From the IMG/VR virus record IMGVR_UViG_3300046808_001035: a stretch of DNA of 64,000 nucleotides; one strand, given 5' to 3'. Below the pieces are notes generated by a model that was given only the letters and a program-made list of their open reading frames with translations, was not told the origin of the DNA and made no database searches. This stretch comes from a virus. How positions within the stretch are numbered: the stretch's first letter is position 1; every line of letters begins with the position of its first letter. The translations under genes were made by a program, and so were the position numbers. Of this stretch, positions 25,568 to 37,305 are shown piece by piece.

Positions 25568-26160
25568 ATATCAACGAAGCTGGAGAAGCATTTATAATAC
25601 AGGAAGAAACAGGTGGAAAAGGCTACTATGAAAAAGTGTACAGAAACTCATTTATATGGCCTGGGAGCAGTAGCGGTCCTACTGCTCTTGTTGGTGTCGA
25701 TATCGGATATTATACAGAGACAGAAGTAAACGATATCTTTAAGCCGCTTACGAACTCTAAAGAGCTAGAACTGATACAGGCAGGTAGAGGGCTTAAAAAG
25801 AGAGCTGCTGAAGAATATGTTCCAAAACTTAAGCATATCCTTTTCCCCTGGGAAGAAGCCGTAGCTGTGTTTAGAAAAATTATACTTCCTAAGTTTACAA
25901 AATTAACTAGAGCCGTTTTTCCTGGGGTAGAGGAGCTCTCTTCAGCAGCACAAACTGCATTATTATCTATTGTTTTTAACCGAGGCGTTTCTTTAAAGGG
26001 TCCCTCAAGGAAAGAAATGCTAGAGATACGTAACCTCGTAGCCAGAAAAGATTATAATGGAATAGCTGCACAGATAAAATCTATGAAGCGTTTGTGGAGC
26101 TCGGGCGGGCTTCCAGCAAGAAGAGACAGAGAGGCAGCCTTAGTACTTAAACCTGACTAA
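25564..26160 (+). CDS. Endolysin, lysozyme-like fold
   Basis: FII.EE.G...WPG..SG.T..G.DIG; ALLSIVFNRG; MKRLW...GL..RR..EA.L. Confidence 0.8.
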   Translation: MNINEAGEAFIIQEETGGKGYYEKVYRNSFIWPGSSSGPTALVGVDIGYYTETEVNDIFKPLTNSKELELIQAGRGLKKRAAEEYVPKLKHILFPWEEAVAVFRKIILPKFTKLTRAVFPGVEELSSAAQTALLSIVFNRGVSLKGPSRKEMLEIRNLVARKDYNGIAAQIKSMKRLWSSGGLPARRDREAALVLKPD

Positions 26161-26477
26161 AAGCCTCTGTCGTCGTCTTCATCATCCTCATCGTCGTCTT
26201 TTCCTTCATCCAGATTTTCCAAAGCGTCCTGGATATTTTCGACGTATTCTTCTTCTTTAAGCGCCATATTATGCATGTGTGTAAGCGCTGCAGATATGTG
26301 CATATCTGCAAAGTTAATTAGCCCGAGTTTTATTACCGCATTGTCATAGGCTTCGTGGATATACAAATCACCAGCCTCGTTACAAACAAGAAGCATGTAC
26401 CCTTGTGTGTACTCACCTAACTGGTTTAAAAAACTTTCTGGTATTCTGAATCCTTGCGGTTTGTGGCGATCATCCAT
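26157..26477 (-). CDS. Hypothetical protein with acidic tail
   Basis: 106 aa; GGTATAAT 7 nt upstream of ATG. Confidence 0.7.
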   Translation of the reverse strand: MDDRHKPQGFRIPESFLNQLGEYTQGYMLLVCNEAGDLYIHEAYDNAVIKLGLINFADMHISAALTHMHNMALKEEEYVENIQDALENLDEGKDDDEDDEDDDRGF

Positions 26478-26501
26478 GTACTCAATTATACCTATTCTAA
26501 T

Positions 26502-26546
26502 AGCTAAAAAAAAGGAAAAACCCCCGTTAGGAGGAGTTTCCTTTTT
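26502..26546 (-). terminator. Terminator with AGCT tail
   Basis: GGAAACTCCTCC-TAAC-GGGGGTTTTTCC TTTTTTTT AGCTATTAG. Confidence 0.75.
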
Positions 26547-26551
26547 AATGG

Positions 26552-26995
26552 CTACGCAAGGAGCTCATCACAGGAAATTGCATTAGCCTTATCCCACTTT
26601 TTACCGTACTTTTTTAAGTATAGTAAAAACCATTTATATTCTACAGGACTACACCGATTTAAGCTGTTTTTTTGCACACCCAAAGCTTTAAAAATCTGGT
26701 CATTACTTAACCCTTTGAGCCTCGCATACGCTTCGTCTATAGCTTTCAGTGCTGTGCTCGGAGGATTTCCAAACGTTACAATCTCGCTAGGTATTTCAAC
26801 ACTTGTTCTGTTCTGGCAATTAAACCTGACGAAGTCATCATAAAAAGGTTTATTTGCACTATATTCATCAACTATTTTTTTGATTATCTTTAAACCTAAC
26901 TTGCACCTGTTTACTTCTTTGTTGTACTCTACAATTGACAACGGAGATGTTTTTGACTCTTTGTTTTTTTGCTCGTACTTCAAGAATGCCTCCAA
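26552..26995 (-). CDS. Hypothetical protein
   Basis: 147 aa ORF ending at the terminator. Confidence 0.55.
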   Translation of the reverse strand: MEAFLKYEQKNKESKTSPLSIVEYNKEVNRCKLGLKIIKKIVDEYSANKPFYDDFVRFNCQNRTSVEIPSEIVTFGNPPSTALKAIDEAYARLKGLSNDQIFKALGVQKNSLNRCSPVEYKWFLLYLKKYGKKWDKANAISCDELLA

Positions 26996-27174
26996 TGCTT
27001 ACCGCGACCAATAAACAAACGCTTATGACAATATAACCCACAGCAAGCACATTGCTGCGGGTTGCTACTGCAACTATACCAAGGCTGGCAATACTTGCAG
27101 TCACACCTGTCAAAATTTTAGCTTTCATTGTTTGAAGCCTGCAGGGGTTGGACCCGCAGGCTTTTTAAATATGT

Positions 27175-27891
27175 TTAACGTTTAAACTGACCGAAAGTCA
27201 GTTTTTTTCTGATTGGCGGCTGCTTTTCTTGCCAGTCCCTGTCTCCAAGAGAAACAAACATATCTCCCAGTTCTGCACAGGGCTGTGTTTGTGTGTCTAT
27301 CCCAGGCACCCAGCCAAGGAAATACATATTGTCTCTCCTGATTTTTACGCTTACGCAATGGTACTTCGCGTACTGGTCTTGAGGAATCTCATCCTCGCCT
27401 CGATCAGTCCAGACAGGAGGTAGGTCAACGCAAAGCATCTTTAAGACGTTTGGTCGGCCTTCTTGTCTGTTCTTGAAGCTCTTTACCACTAACCCGTCCC
27501 CACGGCTGCCGTAGGCTATATTATAGTAACGCTCAGGCACGTCCTTGAGCATAATGTTGCTAACTCTACATATATAAGAGTCACTCAACATCACCCTGAG
27601 TACATATACGTACTCATGGTCAGCCCCATGGTAAGCAGACTCATGAATAATCTCAGGGCTGTCCTTGACCAGTTCAATTAACTGCTTTGAAGAAGAAACT
27701 ATGTAATCATCTTCTCTGTGCTGCACAAAACAGTCTTTTTTCTTAATACGGTTCGGGAACCGGTGGATATCGACCCCTTCACGGGCTTCGGCTGCCCGAG
27801 CCATCACTGTCTGCGTGAGGCTATAGATGATTACTTCTTGCGCACTAGCGTCGTCTGGCAGAACTACTGAGGATTCAATTTGGTCGTGCAT
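27175..27891 (-). CDS. Hypothetical protein
   Basis: 238 aa; followed by hairpin AAGCCTGC...GCAGGCTT at about 27135-27163. Confidence 0.7.
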   Translation of the reverse strand: MHDQIESSVVLPDDASAQEVIIYSLTQTVMARAAEAREGVDIHRFPNRIKKKDCFVQHREDDYIVSSSKQLIELVKDSPEIIHESAYHGADHEYVYVLRVMLSDSYICRVSNIMLKDVPERYYNIAYGSRGDGLVVKSFKNRQEGRPNVLKMLCVDLPPVWTDRGEDEIPQDQYAKYHCVSVKIRRDNMYFLGWVPGIDTQTQPCAELGDMFVSLGDRDWQEKQPPIRKKLTFGQFKR

Positions 27892-27985
27892 ATCTTTGTT
27901 ATCTAGAACTTAGCTTATAGTATAAAGAAGAAACCGCCATGACACTCATCATGGCGGCTAAACCCTCTTTAATACTATTCAATAT

Positions 27986-28014
27986 ATTATACCAATTTTA
28001 AGCTTATAAATCTA
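27986..28014 (-). promoter_or_regulatory. Promoter (cassette class)
   Basis: TAGATT-N14-TGGTATAAT-ATATTG. Confidence 0.75.
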
Positions 28015-28999
28015 CGTACACAGGATGAAAGTACTCTAGGTAATTCATGAACGGTTCGATTACATAACCAGTCTTTTGGTCCATATCTGCACGCACAAAA
28101 ACACCACCCAAGCCTTCATAAAAGTCACCCAAGCTTACGCACATGAGCTGCCCTCCAGAATAGAAAACAACTACATCTGCTGAGTAATTTTTAAGTAGAT
28201 TCACAGCCTCGCTGTAAAAATCAGTTTTACTAAACGTTTTAAACAGTATTGTTTTACCTATCGAGACTGTTGACCTGGTTGAACCTATAACCAGAGTTCG
28301 ATGGTGGTGCTCGTTAAACTTGTTAAGGTTTAACGTAGTTATTGGAGACTTTTCATCTTCTGTACCTGCTTTAAGCTCATCCTGCGCTATTTGCTTTTTA
28401 ATTTTATAGTGCCGAGCCAGCGCAGCAGCTACACCATTTTGCTCTGTAGTCATACTATTCGTTGCCGCAATAGGTGCATTTAGTTTTTCCGTCGTCGTGC
28501 AGTGTTAAAACACCGATAGAGCATTTCTCGCAGTGATGGTATATTTCAACACCATTTTCATCTTTAAGCACCGGAAAACCCTGTTCTGCTGCTCTAGCTG
28601 TCCCTACTATAGGACACCAAGAAATGGTTGTTGTAATGATATTGCGGTCCTTAACTGTCTCTTTAATCTGTGGCGCTTTATCTTTTGCTCCAGCCAGTTC
28701 GTACATGGATGCAATCACCACCGACAACGATAATAGTAAAATAATCTTTTTCATACTAGTTTAAGCTATATTGTTCTATTTTTTCTTTAAGGGTTTCAAT
28801 ACACTTACTGAGGTCATCAATATTTTTGTTGAATACGATATCGAACAACCAGGCTTCAGGGCTGGAGCTATTTTCTTTTTCATACACATCAAACCCAATA
28901 TCTTTAATAAGTTGATCGTAGATTTTGTCCTGCATTCTCTGCAGTGTAGATATAACTTCACGAGCGTGTCTAATTTCTGCAATGTTTTCTTTTGTTAAT

Positions 29000-29560
29000 T
29001 TACTCATTATTTTTATACTCGGTTACTTCTTTCTCACCATAACGGGCCACTGCATGCTGAACACACAGTGTTTTATGCCAACCCAGCATATATGTTCTGC
29101 CGCTGTTTCCACATTCTTCACAGGTACACTCACTCATGAGCTCTGCGTATGTGATTAGCTCGTTATCAGAACTTGAGGTATTGTCCATATACACTCGCAA
29201 AGTTCCATATTTTTCTTTTACTTGTGTAAATCTAGGCAAGCTCTTTAACTGCTCCTCTACTTCGGCAGAAAGCCCAGCTATAGAACTTTCGAGTTTCAAT
29301 CTAAGTGTGTCTTCTGTTTCGGTATTACCATACACCCTTTGCCTTGCAACATAACCTTTGAAATTTTCTAGGTTTTGTTTTAACCTCTCAAGCTCTTGAG
29401 ATCCGCGTCTATAGTCGCGGTAAAGCATATAACACAGCTTGTCTATAATATCATACCAACCCGTGTTGCACTCAAAACCGAACAGATTGAAAGGTTCGAG
29501 CTCGCTGGTACCCTCAAATAGTTTAGGGTACTTATTTCTGATGTCGTTGAAGTCTTTCAT
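29000..29560 (-). CDS. Conserved phage protein (GW..II / QVKEKYG.LR family)
   Basis: ECNTGWYDIIDKLC...QVKEKYGTLRVY...CEECG...W.KTLC; paralogue at 55272. Confidence 0.7.
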   Translation of the reverse strand: MKDFNDIRNKYPKLFEGTSELEPFNLFGFECNTGWYDIIDKLCYMLYRDYRRGSQELERLKQNLENFKGYVARQRVYGNTETEDTLRLKLESSIAGLSAEVEEQLKSLPRFTQVKEKYGTLRVYMDNTSSSDNELITYAELMSECTCEECGNSGRTYMLGWHKTLCVQHAVARYGEKEVTEYKNNE

Positions 29561-29826
29561 GGTTCAAATCTCTGCAAGAACGCAGGTGTGTTGGGTCCTA
29601 CATAAGCACCTTCTACATTAAATTGGAAGTATTCTTCAGCTTCTTCGTGTGTCATTTCTCTCATAAGAATCTCGATACACTTAGCTCTATCGAACATAGC
29701 AATAGCTTTATCAAACTGATAGGCTATCCCGATAAATGCCTCTTCAAACCCATCAGCCAACAGTATTTCTTGGTCGTGGTGTGTTTCTTCCACCCATTCG
29801 TCGATACGTGTTCTAAGATCACTCAT
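29557..29826 (-). CDS. Conserved phage protein
   Basis: LADGFEEAFIG...EEAEEYFQFNVEGAYVG..TP. Confidence 0.7.
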   Translation of the reverse strand: MSDLRTRIDEWVEETHHDQEILLADGFEEAFIGIAYQFDKAIAMFDRAKCIEILMREMTHEEAEEYFQFNVEGAYVGPNTPAFLQRFEP

Positions 29827-30058
29827 ACGAGGTCGTTTAGCTTTTTCTGGTTACGTACAAGCCTCTTGAGCTTGATTAGTGTGCAGTCGTCTCCGTCTGC
29901 AAGATTACGGTTCTCTTCCAAGACTTCCTCGATACCAGTAACGAGCTCCTGCAACCTATTTGCTGCCTCGTAGATTACACTGTTAGCCACACCGTCTTCT
30001 GAGTCGATATCGCGCCCTAGAATCTCTAGGGCGCTTATTAATACTTTGTCGGATGATT

Positions 30059-30394
30059 TCATACTTCTATATGTGTCCATTTGCTGTGGTTGAAAGTATA
30101 GACGTATTCACACCATACCTTTTCAGCGTGCTTTTTAAGTTCTGTTAGAGTCTTGCTTCTGTGTACTTTTAATTCTTCTCCGCTCTTGGTATAGAACTCA
30201 CAATCTTTTACCTCTGCGCCTAGACTACTCATAGCTCCTCCATTGATGAGCTCTCTGATCTTTTCCTCTGAAGTGTAGTGTTTTTTTAGCTTATATCCTA
30301 CACCAGGATCCTCAGGATATCCGTCAAAGTGACAATACACAGCGTCGTAGGTATCGTCAGGATTTTTAATTGCGATTAGTGATCGTGTTGCCAT
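30059..30394 (-). CDS. Conserved phage protein (MATRS..YCH.DGYP family)
   Basis: Start set at MATRSLI; VYCHFDGYPE...EYVY.F. Confidence 0.7.
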   Translation of the reverse strand: MATRSLIAIKNPDDTYDAVYCHFDGYPEDPGVGYKLKKHYTSEEKIRELINGGAMSSLGAEVKDCEFYTKSGEELKVHRSKTLTELKKHAEKVWCEYVYTFNHSKWTHIEV

Positions 30395-33300
30395 AATTAT
30401 TCGGTAAACTTCTGCTTCATGTATACAAGGAATCTGCGTGTGTTTGCAGCTCCGTCGTTTACTACAAGCCAATCTCCATCAAGATACGTATCTCCAAAGG
30501 CAGCAACCATATCTCCTCCACAGCGTATCAGCTTAAACACCTTGTTTGCGTAATCCATATAGCTGAGTCTCCAAATATATTCGCTGCCGTCTGTGAATAC
30601 AGGATCGCGCACCAGGAGCTCTTTGAGCCGCTTAGGATCAATAGGTTTCTGTTTTACCTGCTTACGTATCTCAACTTTCGTAAGAGTAGTCTCAATCACA
30701 CGAGCTGCGTACACATTAGCTGTCTCACGTACCTTCTTGTTCATAGCTGCTTCGGCGGCTGCGAGAGTATCATAACTGTCGTAACGATACCAAGAAGCTC
30801 CGTCATATTCCTGACATTCAACAGTGTAGTTTGTAGTTTTCATATTTAGATTTTTTCTACTGGGCGGAATACCTTAAAACTGTAAGTGCTTCCGTATTGT
30901 CTATCTTCTGCTTTTAGTTCTCCGTTAACCATTCGCACACACTTGAATTTAAAGTCTATACAACCTGTATAGTTACGTAGTGTAAATTCCTTTCTAAAGA
31001 GGTTAATGCTTTCTAACCGATAGGCGGTATTGCCGTGTAGAAATAAATTATCCACCTGTAGCAATTCAAGTAGCTTATCTTCGTCGATTGGAGTATGCAC
31101 AATTCTTTCATCTACAATAGTAATATCATGTCTCTCGATACGCCAGTGAGTGTATCGCATGTATCCTGACGACTCCATCGCCTCCTCAAGACCTTTTTCT
31201 GCCTCTTTCTGACTGTTGTATTGGCACATCTCATAGTATGTGCTCCCGTCCGTATCTCTGTATTGTACGCTGTATCTTGACTTGTTCATGTTTAGATTTT
31301 GCTTACGTCTGTTTTAAGAAACACTTTGAATTCCAACACGGTTCCGGTCTTGGTTTGTAATCGCACCCCATCACCAAAATGCCATACATCGCAATAGCGA
31401 ACATTTAGTATTTCTGGTGTGAAGTGAACCGCTTTCTTTTTACTACGCAATTCAAACTCCCCCTTTTCATTGCTGTGCCAGTTTAAATGATAAAAATTAT
31501 GTTCTGCGCAGAAAAACTTAGGATCTTTATCTAGTAGGGCAATCAATTTCTCTCGAGCTAGAAGCTGAGGACTGTCTACGCTTTTTACTACTGAGGTTTC
31601 TCTAACTTGTTTCCTGATTCTCCAAGGTCTAGGGGATAGCTCCTGCAGGCACTTTTCCAACCGTAGCTCAGCTTCCTCGAGAGTGTAGAAGTCGCAATAC
31701 TTACACCAGTCATCATCAGCATTGCGAAAATACTCTAAATCGTATGTTTCTATCTTCATGGTTTTGTCTTCTTTTGTTGCTTCCGGTCGTACAGTCTTCA
31801 GTATAGTGCGATATGCTTGAAAATCTTCAGAGATAACCCAACGGTACTTTGGATGGTCCTTCTGTATCCGGTTTAGCCCTTCCTCAGCTTTTTCAAAAGT
31901 AGCGTATCTTGCCCAGAGCTTCCAAGAGCCTTCGAAAAAATACTCTACACAGAATTTCTTTTCCATGTTTATTCAGGTAGGTTCAATTGCTTTTTAAGGT
32001 CTGTTTTACTATAGACTTTGTAGTCTACATAGCGAGCGCCATATATGATCCTCAGTTTATCCCCAACGATAGCTGCCCCTCCAGAACCGAAAACAAGGCG
32101 GTCAGGTTTACCAAACTCTACATACTCGTAGGTATCAAGAGCGGCTCTCGCATCTGTCGCGATGCTTGTAATCATGTAATATTTATTTAGCCCGTCTTTT
32201 TTAGTTTCGACGAGGAAGGGAAAGTCCCTAAGCAGTTGATTTAACTGCTGACGACTTAATAGTACTGGTTGCTCTAGAACAAAAGTCTCTTCCTCGCAAA
32301 CTTGAATTACCCTAGCTTTCAAGACGTCAATAGACTTGCGTTTAAGTTGCCTCTCGGCTTCCTCGATTGCAATTTCCTCGCAACTGACTCTATGCCCAGA
32401 GTCTTCCCAGATGACTGAGTTGCGTGCAGCTGCAGGCTTCTGAATCTCTACTCGATAGTATACGTTAGTTTTCATTTTAGTTTTGCTGGTTGAATTCTTT
32501 CAGTGATACGAAGTCTACGAATGTCATGGTTACTTGCCCACCAGCCCTATCCCAGCTGGTGTCTAGGTAATATACCATTACACACGGATAACTGATTTCA
32601 TAGTCTTCATTTAACTCTAAAACACTATCTGCTGAGTATGCTGGGTTGTGAAGATATTCTACTCCGTCTTCTTCTTCACATTCTTCTTCAATAGGCATAA
32701 ACCCTAGTATTTCTACTAGCTTATCTTGCTCGACTTCACCACATACATCCTTGCGGTCTTTCTTTTCTCCTGCTTCCTCATGCTTTGTCATGTAAAAATC
32801 GAAGCTTTCACGTACTTCAGGAGGCATATTTCCCGGAGCCCCTTTACGCTCATCATTCCATTTAAAGAACGGCTTTAACTTAGGAAGATCTTCCTCTTCC
32901 CAGATACTCGCTTCTTCCCAGTGACCCTCTTCGTTAATCTTACCATACAGGCTGATGTAGTTTTTCCACACCCAGGCCCAATGTTCTTCTTTATTGTTGA
33001 ATAGTACTTTTTTCATTTATTTTTCTATATTGAATGCTGCTTTGAGCTGCTTTCGAAGACTCTCAACAGCTTCGTCTATAACTAAATTAACCGCTTCCAT
33101 TTGCTCTTTTGAGAGGGTTGCTTTAAGTATTTGCGCTGCTGTTTTTTCTCTTTCTAGTCCTAGGGCTTTAGGAAATACCCAGTCGTACCTAGGATCGACA
33201 GTTTCACACTCACAACGAAATCCATCATAGTACACCAGACACGTCCGACACTTTAAGCACTTCGGCTGCATAGCAGAAAGCTCAAGGTACCATGTAGGGT

Positions 33301-34863
33301 AATCCTGGAGATAGCCTTCACCCTCATGGTTCTCACACTCACTATTACTGCAGGCACACCAGTAGTCATGTTGAGCAGCTTCTGGTCTTGCAGCTACCAG
33401 TTGTTCGTTTGCAAGGTAATGAAGCACCGGATCGTTACAATCTCTACAGATACCTACATAGTTCTCAAGCAAGTCTCTAGGAGCTATCACTCCTTCAATT
33501 TCATTAATCAGCATAGGTATAGGTGGCTTTAATTTCTACGTTTTCGAAATCTTCCAACGCTTCAAAGGTGATATTTACCTTTATAATTTCGAATCCTTCT
33601 GTAAGCTCTGGATATTCACGCCTAACCTCGTCGAAGTCTTCTTCGATAATGTTTCTGCTGTGGTACAAGATAGCGTCATGCAAGGCTACATACCCCACAT
33701 CATCTATAAAGCGCTCACGTTCTCCTGAGGATCTAGTTATATAGCTGTAGTCCCAATACAGCCATTGTTTCGTCTCAGGATGTCTGTAACCGTATTTAGT
33801 TATTTTATTGTCCATTGTTTTTAAGTACTTCACTCAATAGTGCTCTGTTTGATAGTATCAGCTGGTTGGTTAGATCCTTGTTCTCTTTTTCTAGCACAAG
33901 AATCTTATTTTGAAGGTCTCCAATCATGTCGTTGCAGACTTTCATCTTTTCTTTCAGCTCTAGTTCAAGGTCTTTTGCTTTTTGTTCGCTAGACTTTTTT
34001 GGTAGATCTCTTGTGTATTCAGAGCTGATCTTTACTGCGCACCCATCCTTTAAATAGACTGTGTTTTTTGGAGTGCAGTCTACATATCTAACAACTTCTT
34101 TGAAGTGAGCTACTATCCTCAGCTTTGTATGGCTGTAGTCTCGTTGACTATCTAGATACTCTGAAGCTCCTTCAAACGTGTCAAAAGTGGCCATTGTGGT
34201 CCACCAAAAATGAAGTGTTTCATTACATGCGTAGCGTTGCACCTCGTATTTGTGTGTTCCCATTTCTTCTGTTGTATTTTGTGTCATATTTAAGGTAGTT
34301 CCCAAATTTCGTCGTTTTCTTCATCTAACCCTGAGATTGTTGCATCTATGCCGAGAGCCTCAAGAATGAGGATTAAGGCCATATCATCATCAGAGCCATC
34401 ATACACTTCTTTACCGTCAAGCTTCCACTTTGTCGCGTTCCAGCTACAGCAACGATCTCCACATTCGTAATAGTAATCTTGCTTAGTTATTTTGTGTTTC
34501 ATCAGGGGGAGTTACTGTAAACGTGATATTTATATGCTCGGCAGATATCGCAGGTTTGACTGTGCCTACAATATCTATATGCAATATATTGTCCTTTAGC
34601 AGAGGGTCGTTGTTTCTCTCGTCACAAATTACCTCGGTGACTTTCAGCTCTCCAAACTCGGTAGGCAAGTAGACTGTTGGGTTAGTCAAGTAATCTTCGA
34701 AAGCCTTCTGCGCTTGTTGCATTTTTTGCTTTATCAAAAACCGCTCACAACCTTCCTCGAGCGCTTGGCATATATGACTATATACCTCTGGGTTAATCTG
34801 TTTACCTACAAAGCTAGCAAGATCCTCTTGCAGCTTGGCTGCGAATTCTTCTTCAGTCATAAT

Positions 34864-35226
34864 TTAAGAGTCTATAACTGCACAATCTAGCTGAAATAGT
34901 TGAGCAATCGTGGCAAGCTCTTCCCGCCATTGAAAAACATCGTATTCGTCGTGGATCTTCTGCAGTTCTCTTATTAAATGATCGTGCGTCTTTGGCACTT
35001 TCTTAAACCTAGTCAAATCAAACCACGTATTGCTCTCTAGGCTGAAGTTATACTCATCATCACCGATGAGACATCCTGCAGCGCATTTTAGTCCTTCGTC
35101 ATTTCTGTATACGCAGAATTTATTATCGCTATCCTGACACCTTTTACCTTGTTTTAGTAAGTGCTCTGCAACCTGGTCAAATACCTCTTGTGCGGTTGCT
35201 TGCTCTAGTGTTGCTAGTGTGATCAT
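34864..35226 (-). CDS. MITL/CAAGCLI family member
   Basis: MITLATLEQATAQEVFDQVAEHLL...GLKCAAGCLIGDDEY...ELQKIHD. Confidence 0.8.
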   Translation of the reverse strand: MITLATLEQATAQEVFDQVAEHLLKQGKRCQDSDNKFCVYRNDEGLKCAAGCLIGDDEYNFSLESNTWFDLTRFKKVPKTHDHLIRELQKIHDEYDVFQWREELATIAQLFQLDCAVIDS

Positions 35227-35618
35227 TTGTTTTCAAATTGGTCAATTATTGTACTGTTAAGGTTTCTTAGCTCTGCAATGTTCTTCAATCTAACTATCCA
35301 ATCTTCTTCTGGATAATACTGTGAATTGTCGTGAATACCCTGCAATTCTGATATGAGTCTGCTATGCTTATTACTAAGCACAACTCCTTGACTAATCAAG
35401 GTTGACCAAGGAGTAGTATTCATCCCCTGAGATGACACAAACTTCGCTTCTTCGTCACTCATCAAGCATCCTGCAGCGCATTTGAGTCCACCGTCCCCTC
35501 GATAGGCACAAACATCATGATTGATCATACTTCTCTGTTTCTGAGTGAGCATATGTGCTGCCACCTGGTCAAACACTTCCTGTGCTGTGGCTTGTTCTAA
35601 TGTTGCTAGTGTGATCAT
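35223..35618 (-). CDS. MITL/CAAGCLI family member
   Basis: First 20 aa identical to the neighbour; GLKCAAGCLM; ELQGIHD. Confidence 0.8.
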   Translation of the reverse strand: MITLATLEQATAQEVFDQVAAHMLTQKQRSMINHDVCAYRGDGGLKCAAGCLMSDEEAKFVSSQGMNTTPWSTLISQGVVLSNKHSRLISELQGIHDNSQYYPEEDWIVRLKNIAELRNLNSTIIDQFENK

Positions 35619-36963
35619 TCCTTAGATTCTTCGATTTTTCTTGTTGTGTAGTCTACCCTAACTTCTCTAGACCAGCTGAAGGTTTTATCGCATTCAGCAC
35701 ATTCAGTTTCTCCACTATCCTCTTGCGTGGAACCTTTGGCGCTCACAATACCAAGGTCCCAGCTGTCTTCTCCTTCTGCTCCGCAATATGGGCAGACCAC
35801 TTCAGGTGTGCAATCAGTGTCTATGTCGCTCATTTTAGTGTGTTATATTTTTTTGCAGCGCTCACAGCGACCCAGTCGCTATAGTTCTTTTTCGCGGTAT
35901 TCATAGCCGAATTCAACCCGTCTACCACAAGCTTTACTTCACCAGGCAATTGTTCAATGAACTCAATGCTAGCTTTCTCTGATATAGCGCTACCATTACC
36001 CAGATTTTCTGCAATCTTACAGATCACTTTACGCAGGCGGGTAGTCTCTTCTTCAAGAGCTTCTCGTTTCTGTTTCTCTTCTGTAAGTCGAAGCATCTCT
36101 TCTTGAAGCTCTTTTCTTCTTGTTGTCTGCGCTGATAACTCACAGATATAGTGCTGTATAGTTCCAGGAAGACTGTCGAGTGTGTGGTTTTTAAGGTACC
36201 CTGCAGGCAATTCTCCAAGAATATCTAGAACTAACTTTTGAAGTCTACGCAGACAAGCCTCAGTTTCTTCATCATTCATCCCATCTACAGATCCCAAAGG
36301 GTCTAGAGGAGCACAGATTGTTTCGACAGTAGAATGCTCTGTCTTTTTGATCCATGCTTTTTGTACTCTAGGAAACCGTAAAACTTCCTGAGCGTCTGCC
36401 CTAGCTTCTTCTAGCGTAGTTTTGTTGTTGCTGTATATTCTTCCTTCTTCTTCTTGGCTGCTGTACCAGACAGAATATATTTGTGTAACCATATTATTTT
36501 TGTTTGATCGCTCAGTGATCTCCAACCGTCAACCGATAGTTGACAGTTCAGTTAGTTCTTCTTAATCGCGTTTTGGTGGAAGCTTTCCGAGAATGTTTGC
36601 GAAAATTTTGTCGAATGCTTTGAAGAGGTCTTCTTCTGACATTTCTGGTAAAACTTTAAGTTTATCTACACAATCATTTGATTTAAAGTCATCTAGCACA
36701 TCCATCACCTGGTTTTCCCAAGTATCTTCGCCCAGCTTATCCACCATTTCCTCTACCGAAGCATCCATTTCGTTTACTATTTCTACTTCTTCAACCTTCC
36801 AATTTTCTCCATTTTCGCTAGTGAGAGTACCGCGTTTTTTAGTGTCTGCTTGTTCGTTTGAATTTTCCATGTTAATTTTTGTTCGTATATGTGAAGGGCT
36901 GCTCCCATAGATACTAGGAGCAGCCCGATAGCGATTAGTCTGAGGCGAGTGTTGTCGCTCACA

Positions 36964-37305
36964 TTATCCGAGGCTAGCGATTTCTTTCTTAAGCTTAGCC
37001 ATCTCTTTCTCCATCTCTTTAAGCTCTTGCTGCTTTTCTTTCTTGAGCTTCTCGGGGCTATTTTCTTCGAACCACTCTCCGATAGTGAGGCCACTATCAT
37101 CCATTCCTCCCCAGCTATCAAGAAGACTATAGTAATTATCTTCTGTTATACCTTCTGGAAGTTGCTGGATATTCTTGAGCTCTGTCATGGAATCTTTGAC
37201 CAATACCATACAGTTAGGTGTACAGCTTCCCAGATCACTTTTCAGCTTCTTCAGAGAATCGCTTTCGAGAACGACCCACATTTTTGCTAGATATAGTTTA
37301 TTCAT
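36964..37305 (-). CDS. KKLY family member
   Basis: KLY.A....V...EL....QLP.G...TIG + coiled tail. Confidence 0.6.
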   Translation of the reverse strand: MNKLYLAKMWVVLESDSLKKLKSDLGSCTPNCMVLVKDSMTELKNIQQLPEGITEDNYYSLLDSWGGMDDSGLTIGEWFEENSPEKLKKEKQQELKEMEKEMAKLKKEIASLG

